A DNA stretch of 64,000 nt from Eledone cirrhosa (lineage: Eukaryota): contig OZ024744.1 in assembly GCA_964016885.1 (NCBI GenBank), positions 24,800,001-24,864,000 of the forward strand, in the 5' to 3' direction. Both the position numbers and the translations under genes were made by a program. The first letter of the stretch is position 1; each line of letters starts with the position of its first letter. The notes beneath the pieces are model-generated. The model saw only the letters and a program-made list of their open reading frames with translations. It made no database searches and was not told the origin of the DNA. Of this stretch, positions 14,153-29,643 are shown in pieces.

Positions 14153-14512
14153 TCGGTCCTGGGTAGAACGAAAATCCTGTTGAAAAACTGAATCCTCCGT
14201 TCGATCATGAATACTACGAGCTTGCCAGTCACGTAAGTCTGATATTTGATTTCGGATTCAAAGAAACACTTTAAACGTATAATCGTTTGATTTGTCCAGG
14301 TGTATTTATCTCAACCTGATTAGTTCTATCGTTACTTTGGTATATATTGTGTGTTAGATTCGTCTACCACAATGGTCGATTTGTCAAGCTATTTAAACGT
14401 ATGTTATTACTCTAAGGCCTCAACTTATCGAGTGCTTTGCTAACTCATCATTTCATATAAGTAGGCCGAATTTACTTGCAAACCGCCAGAGATTTGATTT
14501 TACTATTTTCCA
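14150..14512 (+). mobile_element. pLTR-like island with degenerate hammerhead (14186-14290) and downstream ACTC/GAGTGCT hairpin (14409-14438)
   Basis: CTGTTGA...TGAATCC/GGATTCA...GAAAC...GTA; ACTC-TAAG-loop-CTTA-TC-GAGTGCTTT. Confidence 0.5.
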
Positions 14513-14567
14513 ATTATATATATATATATAATATATAAGATCAAAAGATGGTTAAAAGAGTTCCATG

Positions 14568-14638
14568 TATTTTATTATGCGCATTTCAAAAACAAATACC
14601 ATCATGCAATAACATCTGTGTTTTCATCAGATAAAATA
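14568..14638 (-). ncRNA. Mirror hammerhead in left arm (perfect 8-bp stem I)
   Basis: Minus strand TATTTTAT-CTGATGA-stem II-GAAAT-GCGC-ATA-ATAAAATA. Confidence 0.85.
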
Positions 14639-14748
14639 GGAAGACATGATATGAAGGTTAAAAAAACACTTGTGAATTGTGCAGTTTTAAATCAACATAA
14701 AACTGCACTATTCACAAGTGTTTTTTTAACCTTCATATCATGTCTTCC

Positions 14749-14820
14749 TATTTTATCTGATGAAAACACAAATATTATTGCATGATGATATTTGTTTTTG
14801 AAATGCGCATAATAAAAATA
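14749..14820 (+). ncRNA. Type I hammerhead ribozyme
   Basis: TATTTTAT-CTGATGA-AAACACAAATATTA...TGATATTTGTTTTT-GAAAT-GCGC-ATA-ATAAAA; palindromic minimal stem III (ATGCGCAT), as in dimer-acting PLE hammerheads. Confidence 0.85.
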
Positions 14821-15164
14821 CATGGAACTCTTTTAACCATCTTTTGATCTTATATATTATGTATACTCCAGTCCTACAAACTGTAGAGTGCTTCTTATCC
14901 AATATCTGCATTGCTTTATTGTACTACAATAAAACTCACCTCCTACATATATATATATATATATATATATACAGGGGTCCTGACTATTTTCCTATATATA
15001 CATATATATATTGGAAAAGGTTCACGACCTCGACGGCAGAGCTCAAGCCGTTTCGACGTGTAATTCTGTCCAGAAATAGACGTCCTATTACCCACTCTAC
15101 TACCCAAAGTATCGAGTACTCTGGTGGGTTATGGTCCACCTGGTTCCTTACCACACTTCCTTCG

Positions 15165-15218
<54 letters not shown>

Positions 15219-15244
15219 ATATATGTATATATATATGTGTGTGT

Positions 15245-15338
<94 letters not shown>

Positions 15339-15480
15339 TTATATATATATATATATATGCGTGTGTGTATATATATATATATAATCCATACGTACATATA
15401 TATATGTGTGCATGTATGTATATATATATATGTACATACAACTGTACGTCTGTATACATATATGTATGTACGTATACATA

Positions 15481-15552
<72 letters not shown>

Positions 15553-15610
15553 GTAAAGGAGTCAGAGAGAGTGTAATTATGAATGACAATCACAGATTCA
15601 TGACTACAAT

Positions 15611-16050
15611 TTCTTCTTCTTCTTCTTCTTCTTCTTCACCCACTTATTCCTGAGAGAGTCGTGGGGCCAGAGCCCTTAAACACTCCTTCCAGCAGGTCCT
15701 GTCAGAAGCAACTGTGTCTAACTGATCTGGCAGGATACCCAAGTGAGGCCAGTTAATCTCAAGGATGTTATCTAAACATCTTGCTCGTGGTCTATCCCTG
15801 GGTCTCTTACCTGTTGGTTTTGCCCATAAAATCTGTCCAGTGATTCTAACCACATGTCCATAGTATCGGAGCTGTAATCTCTCAATCCGGAGAAGCAGCA
15901 GCTCTACCTGGAGTGAACCTCATCTCTGAGCTACACACTTTATCAAGTAACGATACTCCAAAGATCCTTCAGAGGAACCCCAATTCGCGATCGTATTCTT
16001 TCTGTCATTGTCAAAGATTCATGACCATAGGTAAGGGTTGGCTCCAAACC
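15611..16050 (-). mobile_element. 3' end of an RTE-clade LINE with (GAA)n tail
   Basis: QLRYYGHVVR...GKRPRDRPRARCLDNI...VASDRTCWKECL, then stop and GAAGAAGAA tail. Confidence 0.8.
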
Positions 16051-16683
16051 GAATTGAAGGACCTCGGAGTTTTGAAGCGTGATACAGGAATATATTTACA
16101 TTATACATACATGTTTACATATGTATGTATAACGTAAAATATATATAACTGTTTCTACTTTTTGGCGCAAGGCCAGCAATTACCCAGTGCATTACTGGTA
16201 CTTTATTTTATCGACCCCGTAAGGATGAAAGGCAAAGTTAACCTCAGATTATAAAGGGTCGTAACTCTATGCTTCAAAGCATGGCGTCTGAACCTCTACC
16301 GATACTGCCATATATAACGACACTAAGATGTATACGCATGTACATTCGTGTGTGCATGTATATATGTGTGCGTGCGTTGTGTCTCAGACTCTGGTGATAC
16401 ACGCCCCCACAATGTCTCACTGTGTTAAGAATAACACCACATACACACACACACAGACACAGAGGCACACATACAAACAATACGACGATGCGAACACGTG
16501 TCAGCCTTTCATTCCTTCACTCACTTGACACACACACGCATGCACACAACATACACACATACACGCACATATATAAATGTATATGTGCATAGTATATGTA
16601 TTTATACGCACATATATATGCATACACACACATACGCAAAAACCTATTTATTCCTTCACCTTTCTATGCTATAACATACATAC

Positions 16684-16756
<73 letters not shown>

Positions 16757-16759
<3 letters not shown>

Positions 16760-16932
16760 AACAATTAAGACCCCGACGACTGAGCTCAAGCCTATAGTCC
16801 AGAATTAGCCGTCGAAACGGCTTGAGCTCAGTCGTCATGGTCTTAATTGTTCCTATTACCCACTCTACTACCCTAAGTATTGAGTACTTTGGTGCGTTAT
16901 TGTCCACCTGGTTCCTTACCACATTTCCTTCG

Positions 16933-16934
<2 letters not shown>
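16757..16934 (+). mobile_element. Family B copy with inverted 5' arm
   Basis: Arms GGAACAATTAAGACC / GGTCTTAATTGTTCC; half hammerhead GAAAC-GGC...GTC; ACTC hairpin at 16862-16888. Confidence 0.85.
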
Positions 16935-17019
<85 letters not shown>

Positions 17020-17023
<4 letters not shown>

Positions 17024-17221
17024 GAGGTTATATTTAATTTGTTGGGATTCAACAAGCTTAAAACATTTTTTTATAACTGATATAAAGCACTCAACTCTTT
17101 AGTGGAGTAAATACACAATATATTAATAAATGGAAACTATATTTATAAAACCATATTTATTTTATATGGTTTTATAAATATGGTTTTATAAATATAGTTT
17201 CCATTTATTAATATATTGTGT
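17020..17221 (-). mobile_element. Family C pLTR end with short fold-back (17114-17221)
   Basis: Near-identical to 47630-47732 plus 47924-47975. Confidence 0.8.
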
Positions 17222-17225
17222 ATAT

Positions 17226-17395
17226 AGGGCGGTGGATTGGCAGTATCGGTAGAGGGTCGGACGCCATGCTTTCCAGCATAGTTATGTCCCTTTACGATCT
17301 GAGTTCAAATCCCGCCGAGGTTGACTTTGCTTTCATCCTTACGGGGTCGATAAAATAAAGTACCAGTAATGCCTTGTGCCTAAATTAGAAACAAT
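17226..17395 (+). mobile_element. SINE family 1 copy flanked by direct repeat ATTAATATATTGT
   Basis: Direct repeat at 17207-17219 and 17394-17406. Confidence 0.85.
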
Positions 17396-17566
17396 TAATA
17401 TATTGTATATCTATATATATATATACATACATACATTAATTATCCATTTTTGAAAATAAAGAATCTTTACAAACTTACATGATTTAACTACGTTAACAAG
17501 AACAACACTTACATCAACAACAATTGCAACAATAATAAACCTAACAACAACAACAACTACAACAAT

Positions 17567-17607
<41 letters not shown>

Positions 17608-17905
17608 TTTGAACAAACACCAAAGTTGGGACATTTTTACATAACTTTTTAAAGTCTCGTTGAAATTCAGCGATATAGAAAGCTTTTTCAGACTTTGGTA
17701 GTTGAAGAGTGTCTAGTATGCTACCATTCCACCGTGCTACCATACCACCATCCCTACATCCTAACATATTATGTGTTTGTATCCTCGTTTATCCTAATTC
17801 TTTCCATTTCATTTCACCCTCCCCACCACCACCACCACCACCTCATAACTTGACTACTTCGTTCTATCTTTCTTTCGTCCCCTTCTTCTTTCTTATTTAG
17901 ACTCG

Positions 17906-17994
<89 letters not shown>

Positions 17995-18074
17995 GTGTGT
18001 GTGTGTATATATGTGTATGTATATATATATATATAAATATATATATATATTATATATATATATATATACACACA

Positions 18075-18140
<66 letters not shown>

Positions 18141-18201
18141 TATATATACATACATATATATATGTATATATATATACGTATGTATATATAAATATATATG
18201 C

Positions 18202-18303
<102 letters not shown>

Positions 18304-18495
18304 ACACACATATACACATACACACATACATACATATAGATTTCTTATTTGCGTAGTTTTGAGGAAAAGCTCACATAACGCCGATTTATTCACTTACGCG
18401 CGGATTTCTGTTGGTTTTATAGAGAAAACTGTGAAACTCACACTGCCACGTACACTGAAAAATACACACATACACACACGCACACACACACTCAC

Positions 18496-18533
<38 letters not shown>

Positions 18534-18571
18534 ATACATATAAACAATATATATTTATATATTATTATATA

Positions 18572-18651
<80 letters not shown>

Positions 18652-18866
18652 TATATATATATATATATGTTTATATATATATATATGTATATATATGCAT
18701 ATATATATATATATGTGTATATATATATGTATATATATATATGTATATGTATATATATATTTATATATATATATATATATATGTGTATATAAATATATGT
18801 ATATATATATATTAATTTTGATTTATCTTGAAAAATTGGTTGAATTTTACTTGTTCTGCTTATCTT

Positions 18867-18897
<31 letters not shown>

Positions 18898-18936
18898 TAA
18901 CGTATATGTATATATATATATAAATATATATATATA

Positions 18937-19260
<324 letters not shown>

Positions 19261-19261
19261 C

Positions 19262-19314
<53 letters not shown>

Positions 19315-20879
19315 CATATGTACATACAGACCACCCCCCTCTCCCATCATACACAGTCTGCCTTCCCTCTGTTCATATCTCTCACATCCACACACATACA
19401 CAGACACACTCACACACATACACATACAGACATGGAGACACTGCCCATTCGCAATGTTCTACAACTTGCATGCGTGTGTGTGTGCGTGCGTCGTTGTTTT
19501 CGTTTCTCAAACGCATGCATTCACACACACACACACAGACACAATCACACACACATACACAATCACATACACACACACACACACACACACATACATACAT
19601 ACACACACATACAGTCACACACATTCACACATATATATGTATGCGTGTATGTGTTTCTCTATGTGTATGTGTGTGCGCCCGTGTCTTTGTGCGTGTGTTT
19701 TACGTGTGTCTGTGTGTAGTGCTTGTCTTTTTGTTTCAATGTATATACATGAATACAAATGCACACACACACACAAACAAAGAGACATACACACAGAGAG
19801 ACACACACACTCTCTCTCACACACACACATATACATAGAGACACACACACTCTCTCACACACACACATGTACACAGAGACACACACACTCTCTCACACAC
19901 ACACATATACACAGAGACACACACACTCTCTCACACACACACACATATACACATAGACACACACACTCTCTCACACACATACAGATACACAGATACACAG
20001 ACACAAACACTCACTCTCTCCCTCTCTCTCACACACACACACAGGCACACACACAACTTGGTAATAAATTGAATATATGAATGCGATGTCGCAGCTGAAA
20101 TCTATGTAAAGTCGTCTTAGTTTTTCGGGTGGATTATTAAAAAGAAATAAAAACAAATAAACAGGTTGTTGTTTTGACAGATTGTGATTTATCTCAGGGT
20201 CTGACATGATCCAACTCACCTACTATGGCAGTCGTTCCAACCATGGCCATCCATAATTTAAATATGATATATATATATATATATATATAGGAAAAGAGTC
20301 AGGACGCGACGGCTGAGCTCCGGCCGTTTCGACAGCTAGATCTGAACTATATATATATATATAACGAAGGAAGTGTGGTAAGGAACCAAATGGACCATAA
20401 CGCACCAGAGTACTCAATACTTAGGGTAGTAGAGTGGGTAATAGGAGAAAGTATGACCCCATAAATATATATAAAAATAAATATATATATATATATTTCA
20501 GTTTTTATATTTGTTTTAGTTGGTGTACACCCTTATTATCTAACACATACTTTATGTAGGGTGTGGTTCTGATAAAGATTTCTCTGCTTCTTCTAGTAGA
20601 CCAAATGACAGCGCACAGGTGGTAATCTTTCGTTTTAAGATCAGAGACAACTTCTGGTAATTTTAGTGAAAGTAAATGATATTTTAAAATAAATTTTAAA
20701 ACTCGTTCATGATCTACATCTTGAAAAATATTCATTTCAAAGAAAGTTATGAGGAATCAAAGTCGGATGTAGCTGTCGAAACGGCCGGAACTCAGCCGTC
20801 GAGGTCCTGACTCTTTTCCTATTAGACACTTTACTACCCTCAGTATCGAGTACTCTAGTGTGTTATGAAATTATTGTGT

Positions 20880-21200
<321 letters not shown>

Positions 21201-22126
21201 CGACATAACGACAATTAAATCCAACACCTAATTTTTTTTAATAACTTTCTTAAAAATGGATATTTTACATGTTCTATGTAGATTACGATGAAGTTTAAAC
21301 AATTATTTAAATCGTTTAATTAGGCTCATGGAAATTATAGGAAGTTGTCATATTAAAATGGAGTATCGCCCGCAGAACCCTGGTTTTGTTTCGTGTTTCT
21401 AAAGTTTTCTAACAGGGTTGTTATGTAGCTATTGTTTAACCTCAGGTTATTCATCATGGAGCAAGTCTATGACCCAAATTATTCCATCCCCGACCATCTC
21501 AACGATTTCCTGTAAGCGCGAAAGAAAACTAGGACAACATAATCTAATATGTCCTTTTTTTTAAAAAAAAAACCAATAGATTGTGTGATTCGAGTGAGAT
21601 TTGACTGTTATTTCTTGCAAGAACACATAAAAACCCATTGTCACTTTATACTGTGCCTCTGTTGTTACATTTATTCTTATTAGAATCGGTGGAGCGCCGC
21701 TATTTATTCCAGTTCTGAGTTGATATCTCGTCGTGCCACCTGAGTCGTTAAAAGAAATATAGTAGCAGTGATATACTGGTATCCACATAATTCACTTGCC
21801 CTTCCATGACATTAATCGACTTGTGATTAAAGTAGAAATTATTATTATTTTCGGGTCCATCAAATGCGTCCCCGCCCCCACAATTAGTAGATGATCTTCC
21901 TTTACCCCTCCCATTAATTCGATAGATTCGTGACCCCCACCCCCTGTCCCTGTAGTGTTTCTTACCCCCACCCTACACGCTCCTGGCAACAATAAAAAAA
22001 AGAAAGTTGTTAATGTTATTCATTTTGTTATTTTAATTCTAATTAGTTATTCAAATATAAACAAACATGTGAATAAATAATTATTATATGGCCAATTAAG
22101 AAGGTAAGAAATTATCTATCCTATTG

Positions 22127-22202
<76 letters not shown>

Positions 22203-22266
22203 ATATATATATGTGCATGTATATATATGTATATATATATGTATGTATATATGTATGTATGTATTC

Positions 22267-22440
<174 letters not shown>

Positions 22441-22443
22441 ATA

Positions 22444-22546
<103 letters not shown>

Positions 22547-22896
22547 GTATATATATATATATGTATATATGTATGTATATATGTGTAAGTATATTTCATT
22601 CTGGTGACCGTCTTCTGATTGCAATGTAAAAAGTCCGGTTGTTCAAACATGAGAATGACTGACAAATGAGACTTTCAGAGAAGCTAATTTATATTGTTCG
22701 AACGGCTGTACTGTAGCTGCTACATTACTATGTTAGTAAAGGTTACCACATTACTATGTTAGTAAACACTGCCCTCTAAGATCTATAGAACACAATAACT
22801 GTTAAATAAACTATTTTGAAATTAAAGAAAAATTCCTGACACTATTCAATAACGTCACCCACTAAACACTGCCCGCCAATACTACTACTGCTGCTG

Positions 22897-22959
<63 letters not shown>

Positions 22960-23140
22960 GTAGTAGTAGTAGTACCACCACCACCACCACCGACATGCCA
23001 CCATGAACATTACAACCAAAACCTACAAATATTCCACTGTTCGCGATATATTTCCCCTCTCTCGATAATATGTATATATATATATATATATATATAGTAT
23101 TAATATATAAAGGAACAAAGAATCAGTGTTGCATCATATA

Positions 23141-23252
23141 CATATTTAATTACATATTACATATGTTTCACTGTCAATTAGCTCGAGGAACGATCTATTA
23201 ATGATCGAACCTGATTCTGGAATTGGAAGCTCCTCAGATATGTGTTAATATG
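23141..23252 (-). ncRNA. Type I hammerhead ribozyme with long stem II insertion
   Basis: Minus strand ACATAT-CTGAGGA-GCT.CCAATT...AATTG.AGT-GAAAC-ATAT-GTA-ATATGT; perfect 6-bp stem I, palindromic stem III, GUA triplet. Confidence 0.8.
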
Positions 23253-23317
23253 TAGACACGCGTCTGAGATAGTTGAATATATATATATACACACACATAT
23301 ATATGTACATATACACG

Positions 23318-23443
<126 letters not shown>

Positions 23444-23610
23444 GATAGACATTCATATATATATATATATAGTAGGTTCCACAACAAATTAGCAAACCAT
23501 ACTCAAGTCTTATGGTCGGAATGCTCTAATTACTGTGGATATAACCTCTCAGTATTTTACCACTATATATATACATATATATATATATATACATATATAT
23601 ACATATATAT

Positions 23611-23795
23611 AACAAAGGAAGTGTGGTAAGGAACCAGATGGACCATAACGCACCAGAGTACTCAATACTTAGGGTAGTAGAGTGGGAAATAGGAAAAAGT
23701 ATGACCCCGACGGCAGAGCTCAAGCCGTTTCGATTTAGTCCAGAAATAGTCGTCGAAACGGCTAGCCCTCTGCCGTCGGGGTCATACTTTTTCCT
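23611..23795 (-). mobile_element. Family B copy with fold-back end
   Basis: Arms GGAAAAAGTATGACCCC / GGGGTCATACTTTTTCC. Confidence 0.85.
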
Positions 23796-24000
23796 ATATA
23801 TATATATGTATATATATATACATGTATGTGTGTATGTTTGTGTGTGTAGAGGAGCCGCGAAACGAGTTAAGTCTGACTGTTGTGTTTCCGTGTATTATAT
23901 ATCTTCCTTTAAAGTATTGAGTACAAGTTGAATAACGACTTTATTAATATTTTAATTAATAACATCTTTCTCTCTCTCTCTCTTTCTCACTTTACACACA

Positions 24001-24079
<79 letters not shown>

Positions 24080-25229
24080 CAATGAATGTGTTTTATACTT
24101 AATCACACGTTAAGTACAACACAACAATATCAGCTGAAAGACCACTCATTGCATTTCACTAGAGCTGTATAGCATGAAATGTTTTACATAGAAATTATAA
24201 GCACTGACTTTTGTTTCGCATGCTAGAGAGTAATCTGAACTCCTTTATATGGCCTCTCAATGAAGTGTATAAAGTATATTTAGTTATAGTAGTAAATAAA
24301 CAAAATATCATAAAATTTAGGTTATAAGACATGAAGAGCCAGGGCCTTATTTTTATGTTTCAAATTTTTGGTTGTCAAAATTGGAGTGTATCCTTGACGA
24401 CAGGAAATAATGTAATTATTCTACAGAATCAATGGAATACGTGACATCTCTGGACGTTTGAATTACTGGTATCAATTGTCTGTTTTGAGGATGAGTTATT
24501 CAGTATTCATCTTTTATATTATATGCATAAAAACGACAACAATAATAACAGCAATAACAAAAAAAGAAAAAGAAACAAAAGAAAAATAATAGAATAGGGA
24601 AATATAGTGGGAAGAAGGAGCCCCGCGAGTGTGTGTGTGTGGGGGGGGGGGGGGCTGTTGCAGCGGGTGTCACAAGCAGCTGGTAAATTGTCAGAGTCGT
24701 TACAACATCAGATAGAATACTCTGTCGTATTCATTTCTGCTCTCTGCTCTATCAGTTCAAATCCCATGGAGGTCAATTTTCCTTCATCCGAGGTCGATTA
24801 AAAAAGTACCAGTCTAGTACTGGGGTCAATTCTTCCTCTATATCTCTTTTTCGCTTCCATTCTTTCACTCTCTCTTTCCTTCTCTGGAAGAAATCTGCTG
24901 TTTTCAGACCTGGGGAAGAGATGGGCTCCGACAGGTTAAAAAATGCCCTAGAAACGCCTTATGTCAATATGGCGCCCCTACGACTCTCTCATGAGTTACG
25001 GGATGTAGACAGAAATATTTTAAGCATCGTACCAGTTAAATTAACGTGTAAGGGGCTTGGCTAAGTTTTTCCATAGACATGTTAACGTAATTCTCAAGCC
25101 GAATGAACGAAACACAATACATGGCAATTGTGAATTTTAGGATTAGCTACTATTCTTTCGCCGGGCTTCGGATCCATTTTTTCATATAACGAAGATTATA
25201 TAGTGTATATATTTATTGTGAACGTACGA

Positions 25230-25480
25230 GGCTTAGTGGTTAGGGTGTTCAACACACGATCGTGAGGTTGAGAATTTGATTTCTGGACTGAGTAGTGAAT
25301 TGTGTCCTTGAGCAAGACACCTTATTTCACGTTGCTCCAGTCGACTCAGCTGGCAAAGTAATGCGTTGTTCTTGTAATTCTAATGACCAACATTGTCACA
25401 TATTTAGTCACGCTGAATCTTCTTGAGAAATACTTTAAGGGCGCACGTGTTTGTAGCGTGCTCAGCCACTTTCACATAAA
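25230..25480 (+). mobile_element. tRNA-derived SINE family 2
   Basis: TAGTGGTTAGG A-box, decayed B-box, GTGTCCTTGAGCAAGACAC...TATTTCACGTTGCTCCAGT core. Relatives at 4690-5010(-), 25795-25885(-), 39200-39330(-) and 57580-57830(+, GGTTCGATTCC B-box). Confidence 0.75.
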
Positions 25481-25999
25481 TTGGAAACGACGGAAGTCCA
25501 ACATACAATTCTGTAATGTTGACGCAAGAATTGCTGGATGGCTTCACAATCACGTGGATGAATATTCTCACCTTAGAACTCAAGACAATTTACAAAAGTT
25601 GTTACTGCAGGATTTTGTCTATAACAGAACAACAGAGATAAACATAATTGCAATGGGTACGTAATCAATCGACAAGAGCCTAAAGCTCATTCACTTTTCC
25701 AGTGAGGTGGAACTCGTCAAATTGGACCAGAGAAACATGTTTTCATTGGTCTTTCCATTGTTGATACTATCTACCGGTCAGAAAGAACATGTAATACTGT
25801 GTCTTGCTCAAGGACATCGCCCGGTCCGTTAATCGAACTCGCAACTTCACAATTTCGGATCCAATTCACTAACCACTAAGTCACGCACCTAATTAGTAAC
25901 ATGTATTATGTCATATTTAAGTAAGACATTGGTGGTTTCACCATATGTATAGTTAGTTTCAGACAATTTCAAGTATGTAAATAGTTGTCTACTATGACT

Positions 26000-26200
26000 A
26001 AACCAGACTCGACCAGACTCCACCAGACTCCACCAGACTACACCAGGCTAAACCAGACTCCACCAGACTACACCAGACTACACCAACCTACACCAGACTA
26101 CACCAGACAACACATCAGGCTAAACCAGACTCCACCAGACACTCCAGCCTACTCTAGTCAACTCCAGACTACTCCAGACTACCTCAAACTATTCTATACT
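26000..26200. repeat. 10-bp tandem repeat (CACCAGACTM), decaying rightwards
   Basis: Directly visible. Confidence 0.9.
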
Positions 26201-26340
26201 ATTCTAGGCTACTCAGAGTTTCATTGGTTGTGTCGCTACTGTACTGCGTTCAAAACCAATGAAGGTGTTACACGAGGGGACGGATCAAGTCACGCACAAT
26301 ACAGCTCTCGTGTTATGAGTAACAGAGGTAGTAGTAGTAA

Positions 26341-26414
<74 letters not shown>

Positions 26415-27927
26415 CCACATTATTGAATACTGTGTCTTTGGATTAACATTTACGACCTTCCTAACAATAACATCAGTTAATTCCCCTCCTGGGTCTTCAT
26501 TTAAGTGTAGTTAGCTCTAATATTACTGTTATATATAATTGCCAATACCATCACATCACATCACTGAAGACGGTGTCTTTGGATTCTTATCTAACCTCTT
26601 AATGATAATGACATGTTCATTACGTTCCAGGGATCTTCCTTTCATTGTATTTAGGTTAACAGCAATTATTTATTTGTAGTACTCTCACATCACCGAATAA
26701 TTCCTGATAATAGGCCCTTTATTTATTTCTCGGTAGACATCGGAGATTAAAAACAGATATTTTTATATACCAGAATATAAAGAAGACATTACGAGAGAGG
26801 GAGAGAGAGGGGGGGGGGAGGAGAGGGGAAGAGAAATGTCCGGATAATGGAAACTAATGAATTTATATCTTTTATACTTTAACAGTCACAAAATCTGTTT
26901 ATAACTTCATTTGTTCGTTATTCGTTATGTTGCTGTTGTTGTTCGTTATTTTTGTTAGAATATGGTCAATTTGATGATAGCATTGTGATAGTTTTAACTG
27001 TATTGCTTTGATAGGTTTATCACAGCTAATGAAAACAACTTGTCATTGACAGTACCGTAGCTTCTAAGGCAACGATATTTTTTACAGTCTCTAGCTTCCT
27101 CCTCACCCTTTCCTGCTTCCCCTTCAATTGTTTTCCATTTTAATTATTCTACCTGTCTTACCTGTAAAAGACGGCGATTTGTCAGAGTCCTTAGAATGTC
27201 GGATAGAATGAATATTTTATGGTATTCGTTCCAGCTCTCTACTCTCTCTGTTCAAATCCCACCGAGGTTAAACTTTTCCTTTCATCCTTTCGAGGTCGAT
27301 AAATAAAGTACCAGTCTAGTACTGGGGTCGATACTTCCTCTATATCTCTTTCTCATTTTTGTACTCATGCCTAGAGAAGGATGGGCTCCGTTAGACTTAA
27401 AATGCCCAAGAAACACCATATTTCAATACAGCGCCCCTAAGACTCCATCAGGAGTTACGAGACCATACCGAATCCATATCGTAGTTTCTGAATAAACAAT
27501 CTCAAATAGTAAAACGATATTGTTTTATATCTTTTACAATCAACTCGTTTTATTGAGCATGCTGAGTAAATGTATTGTTTGACCAGCCACCAACAGCATT
27601 ATACCCTAATTCAGATGTTGCTCGGCTTGTTAAAAAAAATAGCAATCAAATATACGCCCTATACTCCATAATGCAGTCAAAGATACTCCAGGTGGAGTAC
27701 CTTTGATAAAAGTATCTGTTGAATCAGAAATAATGAAGGCTGAACAAAATCAACAAAGTTTGGGACATTGTATTTCATGTAATGTTATTAATGAAAACAG
27801 TGTCTGTTGAACATATCACTCAGTGAATTGATGACCTGCAATATATACTTATTCAAGCTGAGCACCTAGCCTCTCTCAGTTCGAAGATCAACCTCCGTGG
27901 GGAAACACCTTATCCTACACGCGGTTC

Positions 27928-28075
27928 CTCTGATATGGCTATCATAGGATAGTCTAGCAAAACAGGTCAGATCTAGAGTCTCTGATATGGCTGTCACAGG
28001 ATAGTCTCGCAGAACAGGTCATATCTAAAGTCTCTGATATTGCTGTCATAGGATAGTCTAGCAGAACAGGTCAGA
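27928..28075. repeat. 51-bp tandem repeat, about 3 copies
   Basis: TCTCTGATATGGCTGTCATAGGATAGTCTAGCAGAACAGGTCAGATCTAGAG. Confidence 0.9.
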
Positions 28076-28621
28076 GTAAAGCTTATCGGAGTAAGCCTTG
28101 ATAAAATCCTGTTTGTCTCAAATTAAGCAGTAGCTCATGTGGGGATCATCAGTTTAATTAGATGACCTCAGCATTGTGAACACCTGTGGCTTCTCAGATG
28201 ATTGACTATTGATACAACAATAAGTTGGCACAACTGCTCCAGGTAGCGGAGAAATCGTAGAGTGTACGGGTGTGGTGAGCAACCTATATTCTAACCATTA
28301 GAAAAAGCAATGCTTCACGTTTGGTGGAGAGATGATTCAAGAAGAAGAGAAGAATTCATGGAACCAATTGCAAATATTTGCAATTAGTCAATAAGGAAAT
28401 TCCGATCTATAGGGTAGACCATTTTCAAATGTTTCTAAACTGATCATCTCATTTGAATGTATAAATATCACATTGAAATTACACAGGGAGATAATTACAC
28501 GATCATTTTTAAAGGAAACTTCCAATGTCTTATAATATATAGTCCTAAAATGGAACAGCTGAACCATTGCACCAAACACGAGAAGATGAGATCCTAACGG
28601 TCTCTCTATCTCTCTCACACA

Positions 28622-28652
<31 letters not shown>

Positions 28653-29480
28653 ACTCTCTCTCTCACTCTCTCTCCCCCTCTCACACACTCTCTCTATCTA
28701 TCGATCGATGTATCTATCTATCTCTATCTCTGTCTCCCCTTCTCTCTTTCACTGTCTTTCTCTCCCCCCCCTCCATAGTCTCTGACCTTCCCTCTCTCTT
28801 TCTCTGTCTTTCTCACTCTCTCTCTACCCATCTTCTCACTCTCTCTCTCTCTCTCTATCTCTCTCCCTCTTTCTCACTCTCTCCCTCTGCCCTCTTCTCT
28901 CTGGCCTTCTCTCTCTCTCTCTCTTTCTCTTCATCTCTCAACTGTCATTCTCTCTCACTCTCTCTTCCTCCCCTTCTCTCTGTCTGACATATTCTTCCTC
29001 ACACTGCAACACAGCTATCTCTTCTACCACTTCTACCACTTCCTGATTCTTCTAACATTTTCTTGCTGGTAACCCCGGAATCGTAGTCTCAGACATTTTG
29101 TGCTTTCTTTCTATTGTCGAATATGGTCAGACGAGCTTCTACGTCACACACATTCTCATTTCCATTTTCCATGTTCAATTGAGATGAGATCTTTGTATAC
29201 ATGTAACAGCCACCTCCCTCCTCATACCGCTCCTCCACCACCACTACAACCACCAACATCATTAACGTCGTCGTCACCATTAAAATAAACTAAAAACAAC
29301 ACTTTTGCAAATAATATAGACACCCGCTACAGAAAGAAATCTCAACATCTATATTAATGTGAAGAAATTCTAAACTTGAGAAAATAAAATACATGAAATT
29401 CCTACAGACACTCATGGTCAAATACTTATTTTAAACATACAGTAGATAGCCTGGGTCTATGTACAGTACATGTGTGTGTC

Positions 29481-29556
<76 letters not shown>

Positions 29557-29587
29557 TATGTGTATATACATGTAAATATATCTGTGT

Positions 29588-29643
<56 letters not shown>

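Larger units (their letters stand above)
14528..14860. repeat. Long inverted repeat (about 160-bp arms, 8-nt spacer) with a hammerhead in each arm; element continues to about 14945
   Basis: Arms differ at a handful of positions. Confidence 0.92.

Noticed and set aside
25383-28684. Non-repetitive ORFs at 25383-25664 and 28388-28684 as host exons
   Set aside because: No recognisable domain, partly overlap a SINE or (GA)n, and no supportable splice structure; small host exons elsewhere cannot be excluded without transcript data
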